NCBI RefSeq assembly: GCF_964204645.1
Contig: NC_134026.1
Coordinates: forward strand, 310,001 to 374,000
From: Tubulanus polymorphus
Lineage: Eukaryota; Animalia; Nemertea
DNA length: 64,000 bases
Direction of reading: 5' to 3'
The notes below the pieces were generated by a model that was given only the letters and a program-made list of their open reading frames with translations, was not told the DNA's origin and ran no database searches. A program made the translations under genes and the position numbers. Below, in pieces: positions 1 through 12,759 of the stretch. Positions within the stretch are counted from its first letter, which is position 1. Each line of letters starts with the position of its first letter.

Positions 1-7
1 ATTTATT

Positions 8-2479
8 TCATGGATGGATTTGACTTAGCTGATTCCTTGGAAAAAGTACCCATATTAAAACAGGATTTAAAATCCCCCGTAGGCACGTCGTGCCTTCGGC
101 ACTCGTATTGCACATCTCGTGCCTTCGGCACTCGGTTGCCGAAAATGCGGTAGTCATATTATGCTTCTGGATCCACCACTGCATGGTGGCGTCGCAAGTC
201 AACCCACACCCGCCCTCTATACATGAATACATGGTGACTGTACTGTAAGGGTTAACGATAATTCCTGCATCCCGCGGATTTCGACAGTTAATTTATGACG
301 ATGAACAAAACGGATGTAAAATATATAGTCGCATGCGATGGTTGTACTTAATGGTAACTCACCGATGCCACTACAGGGGGCGTTGCGAATATGAATCTCA
401 TCGAGACCTAAACCATATCTATTATACTTTTTGTATATCTGTCTAAGTTCGAACACAATCTGAAATATTAAATTGAAATCAACATTATATTTCAGTCTCT
501 GAATAGTTACATTGACAAAATGTTGTGAAATACTGATGAAAAATAACTTAGTAAAGTTAAGACCCTCGAAAATGTTTCTACAAAACACACTTTTGATATT
601 AGTTTATCGCTTGTTCGTGACGATAGAAAATATAAGTTTCCAAGAATTAGTTACCAGGAATTGATAAGCGGACGGTACAAAGCTGACAGAAACTTTAATC
701 CAACGTGAATCACTGGAAGGTATTTTCCAATTTGTAAGAAATTTCAGCGACATTTTATCCGCATCATCGCCTCGTGAACCTTCATAGACGCTTAACTTAG
801 TCATCTGATTTCGAATATTCGCATTCGTGAACCAAAAATCTAAACATTTCCAGCCTTTATCCCACGTACGGATGATCGGTGTACTGATGACAATTTCTCG
901 GGGATAGGGACCCATCGTTAACAAATAATGACCCATCTTAGTACCATCTGTAAAATAACAAAACGAACATTAATCTTTTGGACGATTAACTATTTCTTAA
1001 GCCGGTAAATTCAACAAATATAGTTTCAGACTTTTTAGAGATTATGATCTATTTACATTAAGAGTGAACAAGGAAGTGGTTAGATTACGGTATGTCCTAT
1101 ATTTTCTTCATTATTTAAATCATGATTTCAAAAATGCTCTCTATCACGGGACTTTCCATATTTCCTTTATTATTTACATCATGATTTCAAAAATGCTCGC
1201 AATAGAATCGATTTCCTTTTGTAATTCATCTGAATGAATCATGATGCGTGTAGAGCATGGACGATAGATTCATGGTCAAAGCGAACTTACATTTCGTGAC
1301 GTCCTCATTTGGAGAGGAGTACTTTGCCAGCACTACCCGGGTGATATTAGCATGCTCGTAGTAATCCACATTACAGGAGCCCTTTTCAAATCCACAATAA
1401 AATAGATCTATATGAAGTAAAAGAAAAAACAGAATTAAAGAATACACACGTGGATATATAGAAGAACACAGCATGGAATCTTCAGACGTTAGGCCTCCTA
1501 TTACCTGAGTTAGAATAGGGTCACAACGAAATATACCTGTTTGCATACAATAAAAATGTTAAGATTGATAATAGATTTCATTCACAACAACGTTTCAGGC
1601 TACTAGCTAGGGGGTAGTCTTAAAACGGAGAGAATGCAACTGATTTTCAAAATATGATCTATATATTTTTTCCATTTCATTGGTTCGGTGCCAATGCTCA
1701 GGACCTCAAGATCAAATTCTAAATCACGTGTTCTCTTTACATTTGGAGTAAAGTTTAATATATATGAACACACGTATATGTGCACAGATCTATTTCAAAC
1801 AGATTTTTATTGACAATGTAATCGATGTCACACGCGCCCCTAGTTAAATGTAAACCTCGTGGTAGCCTGGTAAATATACCGAAATGTCATCTCTGTAAAT
1901 ACGATCGTATGTGACAAGGCGTGGCACATGTCCAACATGTGTGTACTGGTAGTACATATCCATCACCTCTATCAATGCAGCTGCAATGAATATTTGAAAG
2001 AAATGTGACTAAAATCATTAGTTATATAGTCAGGTAGCAGAGTTTTGGCGGGGGATCAGGGCGGAGGTCTAACCAAAAGTCCAAGATGCCGTTTGAGTAA
2101 GACAGACATTTGGGCCGCGATACAGTAATGGTAAATGTAGACATATTTCCAGGCTTAGTGAAATATACCTAAACGTTTTTGATACTAGATAATACTAGAT
2201 ATAGGACATTAACCATCTGGTTTGAGAATCTGTTTTCCAAGCGCGATCGTGTCGTTATAATGAGTATTCCCAACCACAGTTGTGGGTAACATCGATAGAA
2301 CGATACAAAAAGCGAACCGGAGAGATGTATATACTACAGATACGGTATAGTCGATAGGACAAAAAACCACCATCGATTCTATCCTTACCTTTCACGAGAC
2401 TCTGGGACGGCTCCGATATTTGCAGCACTAAAAGTAACGTGATTACACCACAGGTCACATAACCACAACCTCGAATCAT
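8..2479 (-). CDS. Secreted or membrane protein with divergent MAM domain(s); 3' end probably runs off the window
   Basis: Phase-consistent GT-AG exons: 2479-2389 (signal peptide MIRGCGYVTCGVITLLLVLQISEPSQS), 1407-1291 (DLFYCGFEKGSC, MAM start C-x-FE-x3-C), 947-655 (KCLDFWF...RWIKVSV), 459-363 (GLGLDEIHIRNAPC, MAM end LDDI-like...C). A Cys-rich exon follows from ~237 (MYSCIEGGCGLTC). Intron phases 1,1,0,1. Confidence 0.75.
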
Positions 2480-3441
2480 CGGTAGGAAAACTGCATGGTC
2501 TAGTGTCACCACAACTGCGGGATGCTTACAGGTCACTGTGATGTTATTACACAACAAGCTGTTTCATAGAGAATCTCATGTGTATTACTATACTGGCGTA
2601 CGCGTACGTGTTTCACCAGTACGACACTACAACGGCTGCAAACGAATAAATACGCGGCGTCACAATATATCGAGTGTATGCAAGGTAGCAGGCACTGTCT
2701 TGGCGCGATGTCAACAAATTCAGCCCTTTTAAATTTGAATCACTTCTCGCTTTGTTGTGGTTCCAATGAGGAAATTAAAAGTATGTTAAGTCCCAATGCG
2801 TATGGATTTTATATTTGATTGTAGATTTTGTAAATAGTCATGAAATTAGACGCCCAACAGTTAGAACGTCTTCGTCGTTTTAAAGGAGTTTAATGACCAC
2901 CAAACAAACACGACGAATCACTATATCGTTCTTGACCTATAAGCACATTGTGTGTGATGTCTTGTATATAAAGAAATGTAAATTCACAAATGCACAACGT
3001 AATAAAATACACAAAACACATTACATAATGTATGCGCCATTGATCTAAAATTGAAATTAGGGTTATTATTGGCAGTCGTATCGCAGAATCTAAAATAAAG
3101 CTTCAATCGGCGCAATTCTTTCTTCTTCAACTGCTATTAAACAATATGGCCGACCTGATGTTATAATGTCACAGTCACTGTTCTCTGTTTTTCAATTATC
3201 CTATTCCCTTGTGTTTAATAGAAATCGAATCAGGATTTTTGTTTCATTTCTCCATCATTGGCCGTCATCGTACAATATTCATCAAGCCGTAATTGCGTTT
3301 CCATGGAAACTGCATCCCTGACGGCTGCACAGGAGCGTGTGTTATTAGTGAACGGCAGTCCGCGGTTGATGTACTGCTAGAAGAGACATCGAGTTTATCG
3401 ACGACAACGAAATAAAATGGCGTTTACTGCCTCGTAGCAAA

Positions 3442-6255
3442 ATGCGAGGATTATTCGAATATTTGTCTATTTTTGTTTTACTTAACATCCATGAATGTGA
3501 GTATTTCGTTGTAATTATAATAAGCTAAATATGACGTATAGATTCTGTCTCTATAACTACGTGTTGAACCTAAGTGTCTGATGTACCACAGGTTGGTACA
3601 CTAGGATCGTAGAGCAACGTAGATCACTGCGGAGACAACCTGCCAGGACTTGGTGAAGTAAAATTCTGTGATATAATGAATATTGTATCTATCTACACCT
3701 TTGATTTTCACATGAAGCGGAATATTTGATAAGAATGTAACTGATTTTTACAGTTTAAAAACCGTGGTCCCGTCGTGAGGTTAAACGAACGATCATATAA
3801 ATATGGTTAGGCTTGGGAAACCCAGATCAAAACGACGTAAATAAAGTTGAATGATCATAGCCAAAACTTATGTCTAACAATGAAATGAAAATCACATTTC
3901 AAAGGTTTGAAAAATTGAATCATACAGTTTATATAGTTCTACGCTCGCCTATAAAAATACGTTATATCTAAATAGAACCGATTTTATCGGAGTACTTCCT
4001 GGTAAAAACCATTAATGCATTAACGATTTTTAACGCCGTAAAAACCGTTACAATTATATATACATTGATACCTTAAAAATGCGTTATTCAAGGGGCTCTG
4101 TATGAGTCGATGTTCACTACGTCATCAATATTCGCGTTTCAAAATAACAATTACAAATGTGAATTTTGGCGTTTGAGTTTATAATTAAATGTATTTCATT
4201 TTTGATGAATTTTAATAATAATTTTGAGAGGATGTGCATTACGTCATCGCTCTATCGGGGATAGACTGGTTGCCGGGCAATTCAATTCAATTATCGATAT
4301 ATTCAAATCAAAATAACGATATATGTTTTATTTTTCAAGGGGTCAATAAAGTTTCTTGTTTTTCGATCGAACAGGTTTCGGGGATATCGCGTGGAGATGC
4401 GACTTCGAAAAACCGGGAGAATGTGGACTGACACATAATAAATACTGCGCAGCACGACACGTCAAAGAGTTGAATTATTACAGTAAGATTGCAATACATA
4501 TATGTATATATTGTCACACCACATTTAAGATACTGAAAAAGAAATCATTTTAGTCGTCGTCGGGTTCGTTATAAACACCTCACTGCGCCCAAAGTCTCGC
4601 CGATATTGATATGCATAACGATATTTTCATCAGTTTTGAAAGAATATCAAAGATCTCAAAATTTATATATTTTGAAATTTAATTTATCATGAATTTCTTC
4701 GAATTAGTACGTTTGTCTCACTTAGGAATATCTCAAATAGAAACGTATATGATCTATCAGATTACTATTGTCTATGCCGAAGATCGTTCACATTCGTACT
4801 GGGCACAAATTGCTTGTAAATTACGTTATACCATGGACGTATAATCTAGTTTATACGTCCATGGTTATACACACTAATGGATGACCCAGCGTAATGGATG
4901 TATAAAAATGCATATAAAAGATACCAAAATGTATAGAAGAATTTATTGGGTGTTTCAGTAAAAACCGGCGATGTTGGACCTCGGGGATTCGATCATATAA
5001 TGGAATGTGTGGTAGAGGTACCTATAGACCTAACTATGGACCCGAAAAAATCTGAATCTGCCAGTTCCGTCAAACTACGAAAAGGCAATAAATGTCTGCA
5101 GTTTTGGTACGCGAAATTCGGTCCATCGATGACATACACGTTGACTTTTACGACGAACTACTCGTCAGAATCTCCGGCTAAAAATTGGAAATTCGTCATC
5201 GCGACGCCTTCCGATAATTACGATGGAATGTGGCTGAAAATGACCAAAGAGTTCACGATTCCTGACGATACAAATCTCGCTGCTTTAAAGGTAAATTTGG
5301 GATATGTTTAAGGTGGGATAAGTTGCACACACGTTAACCAGCGGATGAATATGATTGTACTAATCACCATGTCAGTTATCCGCTAGTTTACTCGGGAGTA
5401 GTTTACCCCCGGTTTATGGCTCTGATTCTAAACGATCGTTTTGCAGTTTAAACTACGACCTTCGGTTCGAGGAGTTTCATACACGATATTGCTGGACGAT
5501 TTGGAAATATCAGATTCTTGTAACGACATCGGTATGTATCAATAACATTGAAACATTAGAAAATAAACTATAGTCGACGATGATCTCTAGGATGAGATCG
5601 AAACGTCGTGTATTTTATATATTTTAGATTTTTCGGATAAATAAATTCTTGGTTTTTAAAATTCTTTTAATTTCTAATAGTTGGTTTTTTTATCTTATAA
5701 ACTATAGTCGATTTTTAAGTGCAATCTTACATATACATCGTTATAAATATATTGATTTTATGTTAATTTTCCGATAAACATATAATACTGTGATTAACCG
5801 ATGAGAAAGGATTGTTACAAGTGGAAAACCTAAACTTTGCGCTGCTTTATTTGATAAACTAGAGATTTTTAATGTTCACGTTATATTTTAAATCGTGTCT
5901 CGTTACAGATGAAGAAACTCATGGATCAATTAATTCTTTGATAAGAGATAACACATTCGGCGCGATAATCGGAGCAGTCGTTGGGGTGATGATACTTATA
6001 TCGGCCATTTTTATCGTGAATCATTTTTATCGCCTTAAACCGACCGAAGCGGGCGCGTTGGAAAGTCTGAGAAGGGTTAACGAAGACGTGAATTCCCGTC
6101 GCGGTTCATCTAAGAGGAGATCTTACCGGCGAATTCTCGGATTTAAAGCGGCATTGCCTCAGTATCACGCCGCAAATACAATCAATTCTCAATACAAGTC
6201 GCAGTTTTCATCTAGTAGAAAATTGTACCACGATTTCGGCCCAGAAGACGTCTAA
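3442..6255 (+). CDS. Type I membrane protein with a single divergent MAM domain (~308 aa)
   Basis: Exons 3442-3496, 4375-4482, 4959-5290, 5447-5531, 5909-6255 sum to 927 nt in frame. Signal peptide, CDFEKPGECG, GPRGFDH, KCLQFWY, ILLDDLEISDSC (MAM hallmarks), TM helix FGAIIGAVVGVMILISAIFIV, basic cytoplasmic tail ending PEDV. Confidence 0.8.
3762..3846 (+). mobile_element. SINE 3' fragment, same family as 23918-24110
   Basis: GTGGTCCCGTCRTGAGGTTAAAYGAA...CTTGGGAAACC..GATC is shared with ~24026-24090; lies in intron 1 of the plus-strand MAM gene. Confidence 0.6.
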
Positions 6256-6986
6256 CATCGAAATACTTCACGCATAATGTGGATTACTGCTTCTTCGCGA
6301 CGACATGGGCAGAATAGTACACAGCAAACACTGCAAAACTCTCAGCAAAACTCTCAGCAAAATCCTAATATTTTCTACAATATGTAAAAAGACGCTTCGA
6401 AAAAAATAGAAGTTATTTAAATATGGCGTATTTTCTGGATTAATTCAAAGATTGATAAACTGAAAATATTCTCTCATCCAGATTCATGTGTATATATTAT
6501 TATATATGTTCGTTCTTTTATATTCCGAATGTGCTTCAAATAACATTTCTTGATTTTTCTAAATGACGTGACTATAGTTTACGAGTATAGTTCATTTGTA
6601 TAGATTCTGATCGATAGAATAAAATGAAGAATTTCAGATTTTCAGGTTGTTTTTTTATTGAGGAAGATGATATGAATGCTGTTCATTATGAGATATCCTC
6701 CTAGAATCTCAATAAATGGCCAGCCAGGCGTGACGTCATTGCATAGCTTGTATACACCTCGGATTAATGAGCAATTATCTCGTATTTCTCTCGTTGCCCG
6801 GTTACAAGATGGGAAATAATGCCGCGCTCAAAAAGACGACAGAATGAATATCGTGCTGGTGTAATACATGATCAGTACGATAGAGGTCGCCTGAGTAACA
6901 GGAACAGACTAAAGTACGACAGCGAGATTACCAGGTTATCGTATAACCATGACTCGTCTTTAGTGTAGAAATGGGACGCATCTGTA

Positions 6987-7678
6987 ACTGAGGTGCTGGG
7001 TTGAGGACACTAGCCACTGAGGTGCTGGGTCGAGGACACTAGCCACTGAGGTGCTGGGTCGAGGACACTAGCCACTGAGGTGCTGGGTCGAGGACACTAG
7101 CCACTGAGGTGCTGGGTCGAGGACACTAGCCACTGAGGTGCTGGGTCGAGGACACTAGCCACTGAGGTGCTGGGTCGTGGACACTAGCCACTGAGGTGCT
7201 GGGTCGAGGACACTAGCCACTGAGGTGCTGGGTCGAGGACACTAGCCACTGAGGTGCTGGGTCGAGGACACTAGCCACTGAGGTGCTGGGTTGAGGACAC
7301 TAGCCACTGAGGTGCTGGGTCGAGGACACTAGCCACTGAGGTGCTGGGTCGTGGACACTAGCCACTGAGGTGCTGGGTCGAGGACACTAGCCACTGAGGT
7401 GCTGGGTCGTGGACACTAGCCACTGAGGTGCCAGGTCGAGGACACTAGCCACTGAGGTGCTGGGTCGAGGACACTAGCCACTGAGGTGCTGGGTCGAGGA
7501 CACTAGCCACTGAGGTGCTGGGTCGAGGACACTAGCCACTGAGGTGCTGGGTCGAGGACACTAGCCACTGAGGTGCTGGGTCGAGGACACTAGCCACTGA
7601 GGTGCTGGGTCGAGGACACTAGCCACTGAGGTGCTGGGTCGAGGACACTAGCCACTGAGGTGCTGGGTCGAGGACACT
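6987..7678. repeat. 29-bp minisatellite, ~24 near-identical copies
   Basis: Unit ACTGAGGTGCTGGGTCGAGGACACTAGCC with few substitutions; CGCATCTGTAA occurs on both sides of the array. Confidence 0.97.
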
Positions 7679-9044
7679 TCACCTCTGTTTAAATGGTACA
7701 AATACGTCTTGTGACTGGTCGCATCTGTAATTATTCCCAAGTTACTGGCTAAATGTAACGAATGTACTTAGGATGGAAGAGAGAGATCCAATATGTGTGT
7801 GCGCGCATTTATGAATTTGATTAATGATCCAGTGCGAGGATTAATATCGATGAACAGCAGCATCTACGTATCTAAACCACAGATTCCCTATAAACCACAG
7901 CGCGGCGGAATCCAGTTTATGGATCGATGCCAAAATTTGATCATCGATGACCCGTGATTTTGTAGTGCACTGTGAGCGTCGTGTGGTGAACCACGTTGAG
8001 AAACTCAGGCAAATTTCAGCAGTTCTAATCGGAGTAAAGTGTTAAAAATCCGCCACTTGAGCGGCGCAGCTCGACGAGTACCACGAATTTAGTTTACATT
8101 CCGTGGAATTTGAAACTCTATCAATGCCTAATTAGTATAAGCTTACAGCAACAAAAAACCAGAAATGTTAATCACCTAAACGAATATATCGTAATAGACT
8201 TTGATCTCATGTTTTGAGTTACGCAAACAATGACTGTGTTCAATATTTGCTTACTCCAAAAAATACTGTTTCCAATTTTGCTTTTTGCGTGATGTGCGCC
8301 ATGTATGATCGTACGCCTACACATATTAATCCTATGATAGAATAGCCACACTCTCAAAGATTGAGAATATGATGATAGATGGGGTCGTTACGATGACAGC
8401 ACGAAACGTTGTGTATTTTTATCTTTGAATCAATAAATAGATTTCGTTTCAATCTTTTGACTTTGTAAATAGTTTTATTCTCCGATTCCTCGATGATAAG
8501 ACATTGCGTCACAGCATCCCATTTTGAATTCCTAATTCGACCACCGAGGCGCGCACCTGTTATCATCGTTTTTTGCAGACGATATCAGCAGAACCTAAGG
8601 TTAATTCAGTTCAATTCCGAGAAAGTTACGAAGATCTTTTCTTGGACGATGTTGGTCACAAAACCAAAAATTACGCTAATGCGTGGTTATGCCAAACGGA
8701 GGATTACAGGGGATGAGACTCTTACAACGAGTAGCGATAAAAACTGCATAAAATTCCACGATCATCTCTGCAATTACAACCAGGGATTCCTGCAACTAGT
8801 TTAGTTATCTGATCCTCGTGAGAATGCAGATTTCTACAAACATTAAGACTTTCATCTCGAGAATTGTCTGAATATGGTTTATTTTCAAAACTATAAAGAA
8901 GCCTATTTCGATCATTTTAATGAAATATGTTTTATAAATTCAAAGACACATTTTCACAGTTAAGAACGAACAGATTTACTTAGGTTTCATTAGAAATATG
9001 AGCTTTCGCTTCTAGTGCATAGAGTATATTAGCTTCATTGTACA

Positions 9045-10485
9045 TGAGTCATTTACTTATTTTTCAATTACATTTAACTTCAAATTCATCCCCTTAACTA
9101 AAGAACTGGGTTCCGATATGGCCTATCGTTCTTTATTTGGATTAAATCTAGGAGTGGGCTCTACGGACAATAGAGGGAAGTCTTCGTGACGTCAGCCGAC
9201 CGGGATATTATGTGTGACGTCAACATCTTTTAACTGGTACAATGACCCGCATAGTTATAGTAACAAGTCCGTGTACCACATTCAAAGCGGGATACTCATT
9301 ATTGGTGTCGATTTATGTTCTAATTGTTTGTATATAGGGGAAATGAGATGAATGACACAAATTGTTGGAGGCTGCCGAAGGGACGGACTGCATAGATTTG
9401 TGAACTTTATCGTGTCGAGATTATCAACAAGTGACTATCCAATTCAGTTGAAGAATAAAGCCCACAATCAAAGAATAACTATATGAAAAATTTGTCGTAT
9501 CAAAACTCAAATGCTATGAGCCATTATCGTAAATGGCTCGTAGTGTATGAGTCGAATTGACGATTGTTACTAATTTTAGTGGTCAGATCGGAATTAGTCT
9601 TGTTAATCGAGTTGGCCACTTTTTAAAATCCCAGCACCACGTCCCCGGCCTGTATATTACAGTTCGTAAGCGTTTTACCAACATTATTAGAGTCTTTTGT
9701 CAACAATTCATTAATGATAAATAACATGAGTAACAAATTTCATTCATCAGTTATTTACGAGACTAATTTCTGAAGGAGTGGCTTTCTTGTGGTTGGGTAA
9801 TTGTGGCCCACCGATTGAAGGGGCTTAACCGCATTTTTCAACAACATTTCACTTCGGAAATTCCGAAAAGACACTGAATCGTTACCGCTAGGAAGGAAAA
9901 TAGAGTATGATTCGTCAAGTGGGTTATACGCAATTTTAGAATTCTTCGATTCATTCTTTTTTCATGACACACATTATCCAGGCTGGTGTTATATTTAAAT
10001 TTTGATTTAAAGGTAGATTAGATAATGAAATTTAATTCCGTCGTTCATGATAAATCGGCCTAAGAGGTTTTCAGAGTTACTGGGATTTGACTCTTTTAGG
10101 ATTATAGCTTACATATTCTAAATTCAAACTTCCATATGAAAATATTAAACAAACAAAAAATCAATTTTCCGCTTTACTGAATTCTTTCGCCTTACAACGC
10201 GGTAACGTTTGTTACGTTACGCAGATCATGTTTTTGGTAGCGCGCGACTGATGTATTTACTAAGGTATAAAACCGCACAAATGATGTTCGTAGCTTTTAA
10301 TAAAATGTGGTTAATGAATATATAGCCCTGTAGCACTCTCCGATAGCCACATTTAACTATCGCGTTATGTTTCAACCATATATAGCGCGAGGATTCCCCG
10401 TTGGCCTAAATTCTCGGAATCGTAACGTCACGATAGAGGATATCGGTATAAAACATGATGGTTCCATCAAGGCTCAGCATCAGTT
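9045..10485 (+). promoter_or_regulatory. Putative inducible promoter/enhancer of the cytokine-like gene
   Basis: AP-1 TGAGTCA 9045; CRE TGACGTCA 9187 and 9215; kB-like GGAAATTCC 9856 and GGATTCCCC 10391; STAT/GAS TTCTCGGAA 10411; TATAAAA 10447; Inr-like TCAGCA/TCAGTT 10474-10485; non-coding exon donor AG|GTAAGT at 10595/10596. Confidence 0.55.
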
Positions 10486-11034
10486 TATCAGAGTGCTAAA
10501 ACTAAACAACTCTAATAGATTAGACTCGTACAACGAGACAACACGAAGCACTGGTTGTGGTAATAAATCGTACACATAAACTCAGTAAATAAAAGGTAAG
10601 TGCTAATAGTATTACATAAGGCAATTGTTTTAAATTAAAACCAAAAATGCGTGGGAGGTTTTGAACTAGATATGAAGTGTTGAATATTGCATCATTGAGT
10701 TGTCGCACGAACGTCGAGTCGTGCGACCAATCTGATAATGAATATCCATTAATTTCCCGATAGTAAAAAATTCTAACGGGCTGTGCAAATATTAGTTTCA
10801 ATTCGTTATGCATCGGTAAATAGTATATCTGATGCGAATTTTCGCCATATAAGGAAATGTGACGTCTGATTTCACGCATGTTTTGAGGGATTTAAAACCG
10901 TTTGGATTTTATTTCTTTTGAATATTTTCGCAACAAGACTCAACTGGAGCGAATCGTCGCTGGAGTCCGTGAACAAATTCACAGAATTGCTTATTATCTA
11001 TTTACAGCGTGTACAGAATACTAAACCCGAAACG

Positions 11035-12713
11035 ATGTATTATCTCACAAGTGAAGCAATAATCTTTGCGATGTTGGCGGTGATGATTCTAGTTCAAAGA
11101 AGCGCCGCATTTTCAGTGCGAAGAAGAACTTTTGCGTCATCGCCGGCGTCGGATAGCCAGCTGCGCAGTTTAGGATTTAGTAACAACCTCGTAAATAAAG
11201 ATTATTTTGAAGGCGGATTATCCTCGGCACGCGGTCGACGCGTGATACAAACAGCAAGAAGGAGTAGGAGAAATGCAGTAACAGTTGAAGACGCTATCAT
11301 TCGTAATATAGTCACTCATTCGTGGGATCTACGTAAATTCGCCATCGAAGCTTACGATTTTTATGTAAGTCATAGCTTCGAAATATTTTTGACTCGTAAT
11401 TCATGATTTGCGCTCTGTGTATTTCGAGTGTTTCAGATTCCTTACATTCCCAAACAGACACGAGTCTCATCTATCTAGAGTCTTACCTAGCCGTCATATC
11501 GTCTTATCTCTGTCAGATATTCATATTAGATTTGTTTTCATTTTCAGTGTAGTATAATGAAAGATAATATTCCTAGCGAGATCTATTCGAGCTGCAAACA
11601 ATTATCGATGTCTTACGTGAATGCGGAAGAGTTGAATATACCGAAATTATACGTTTACAAAGTGAATACACTCGGTAGTAAAGCTGAGGACATGGATCGT
11701 TTGGTGAGTTGTTTATACTTACAAAATACTATAATTTCTATATAGAAAATTACTATGCATAATCTGCTTCGTTAACAACGAAAGATAATCGCATCGTTTA
11801 AACCACATCATCCCTATTAACATAACATTTCATCAATTGGTTAATTACAAAAATTACTTCCTTAATTTTCATTGACGCGAAATAACATACATATATTGCT
11901 TATGCAGATAAATCAATGTCAATGTAATTTGTTGTAGTTAGTTGAAGCGTTTGAAACGCTGTCAAAAATGAAATTCGTAGTGGCGAATATAACAACAATG
12001 GAAGAAGATGTAACTTGTCAGAAGAGAGTAAGTGTTGGACTTCCGTGTAAACAATGTCAAGGATCTAGCAAACATTTCTGGTGTTATCTGATGAACGTAG
12101 AAAAACGACTGAACGCTTTAAACGAACATTTACGGCTGAATGTAAGTATCCCCTTGTTCTAGTCACTGCTAAACTTGTTTTAATATTTGATTTGTGTCGC
12201 GCAAACGAGTGATTATAGTTACATCAGTTCACAGGAGCTGAGTACAGACACATAAAACATGATACCAAATGACAAAAATGTCTAGACGAAAGTCAACAAT
12301 TCAATGATTGTAGTTAATCTTAGTCTAAAAGTTATTTTCAATGCTACGAACTAGAAGGCTGATTATTGATGATTGCGTCTGTTTCTAATGTACAAATTTG
12401 GTGTAAAATTTGGTCCAAGTAATTCGTGAGATTATTTTCGAAAAAGTGACCGTTTCGTGGTATCAGAAAGTAACGGTTTACCGATTCTATTGTTGTATAC
12501 TAGAAACGACTGTCAGACTGTTGACTAATCTATTCGATATTATATATCTTTCAGTCTCCGCGATTGTTTCACAAATCTGGACCGACGATCAACATCGACA
12601 ATCCGTCATTGACTGAATCGATGCGGATGGTTTATAACTTCGCAGCTTTACACCGGATAGTCGAGCAGTCCGATCAGACCTACCGAGCATTTCACTTCCT
12701 ATTAAATCTATAA
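11035..12713 (+). CDS. Secreted protein (~282 aa), candidate long-chain four-helix cytokine (IL-6/IL-11/Unpaired-like)
   Basis: Exons 11035-11364, 11548-11703, 11938-12141, 12555-12713, all phase 0 with canonical splice sites. Signal peptide, RRSRR convertase site, four amphipathic helix-like segments, AT-rich 3' UTR with TTATTTATT (12906), AATAAA at 13580. The gene structure is confident; the family call is inference. Confidence 0.7.
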
Positions 12714-12728
12714 CTAACCACAACGCTA

Positions 12729-12732
<4 letters not shown>

Positions 12733-12759
<27 letters not shown>
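12733..12759. repeat. (TA)n microsatellite in 3' UTR
   Basis: Direct reading. Confidence 0.95.

Noticed and set aside
4761-4815. Extra exon in the plus-strand MAM gene
   Set aside because: Phase incompatible with the upstream exon; skipping it gives a continuous MAM-like sequence.
6987-7678. CRISPR-sized 29-bp repeat
   Set aside because: Head-to-tail units with no spacers.
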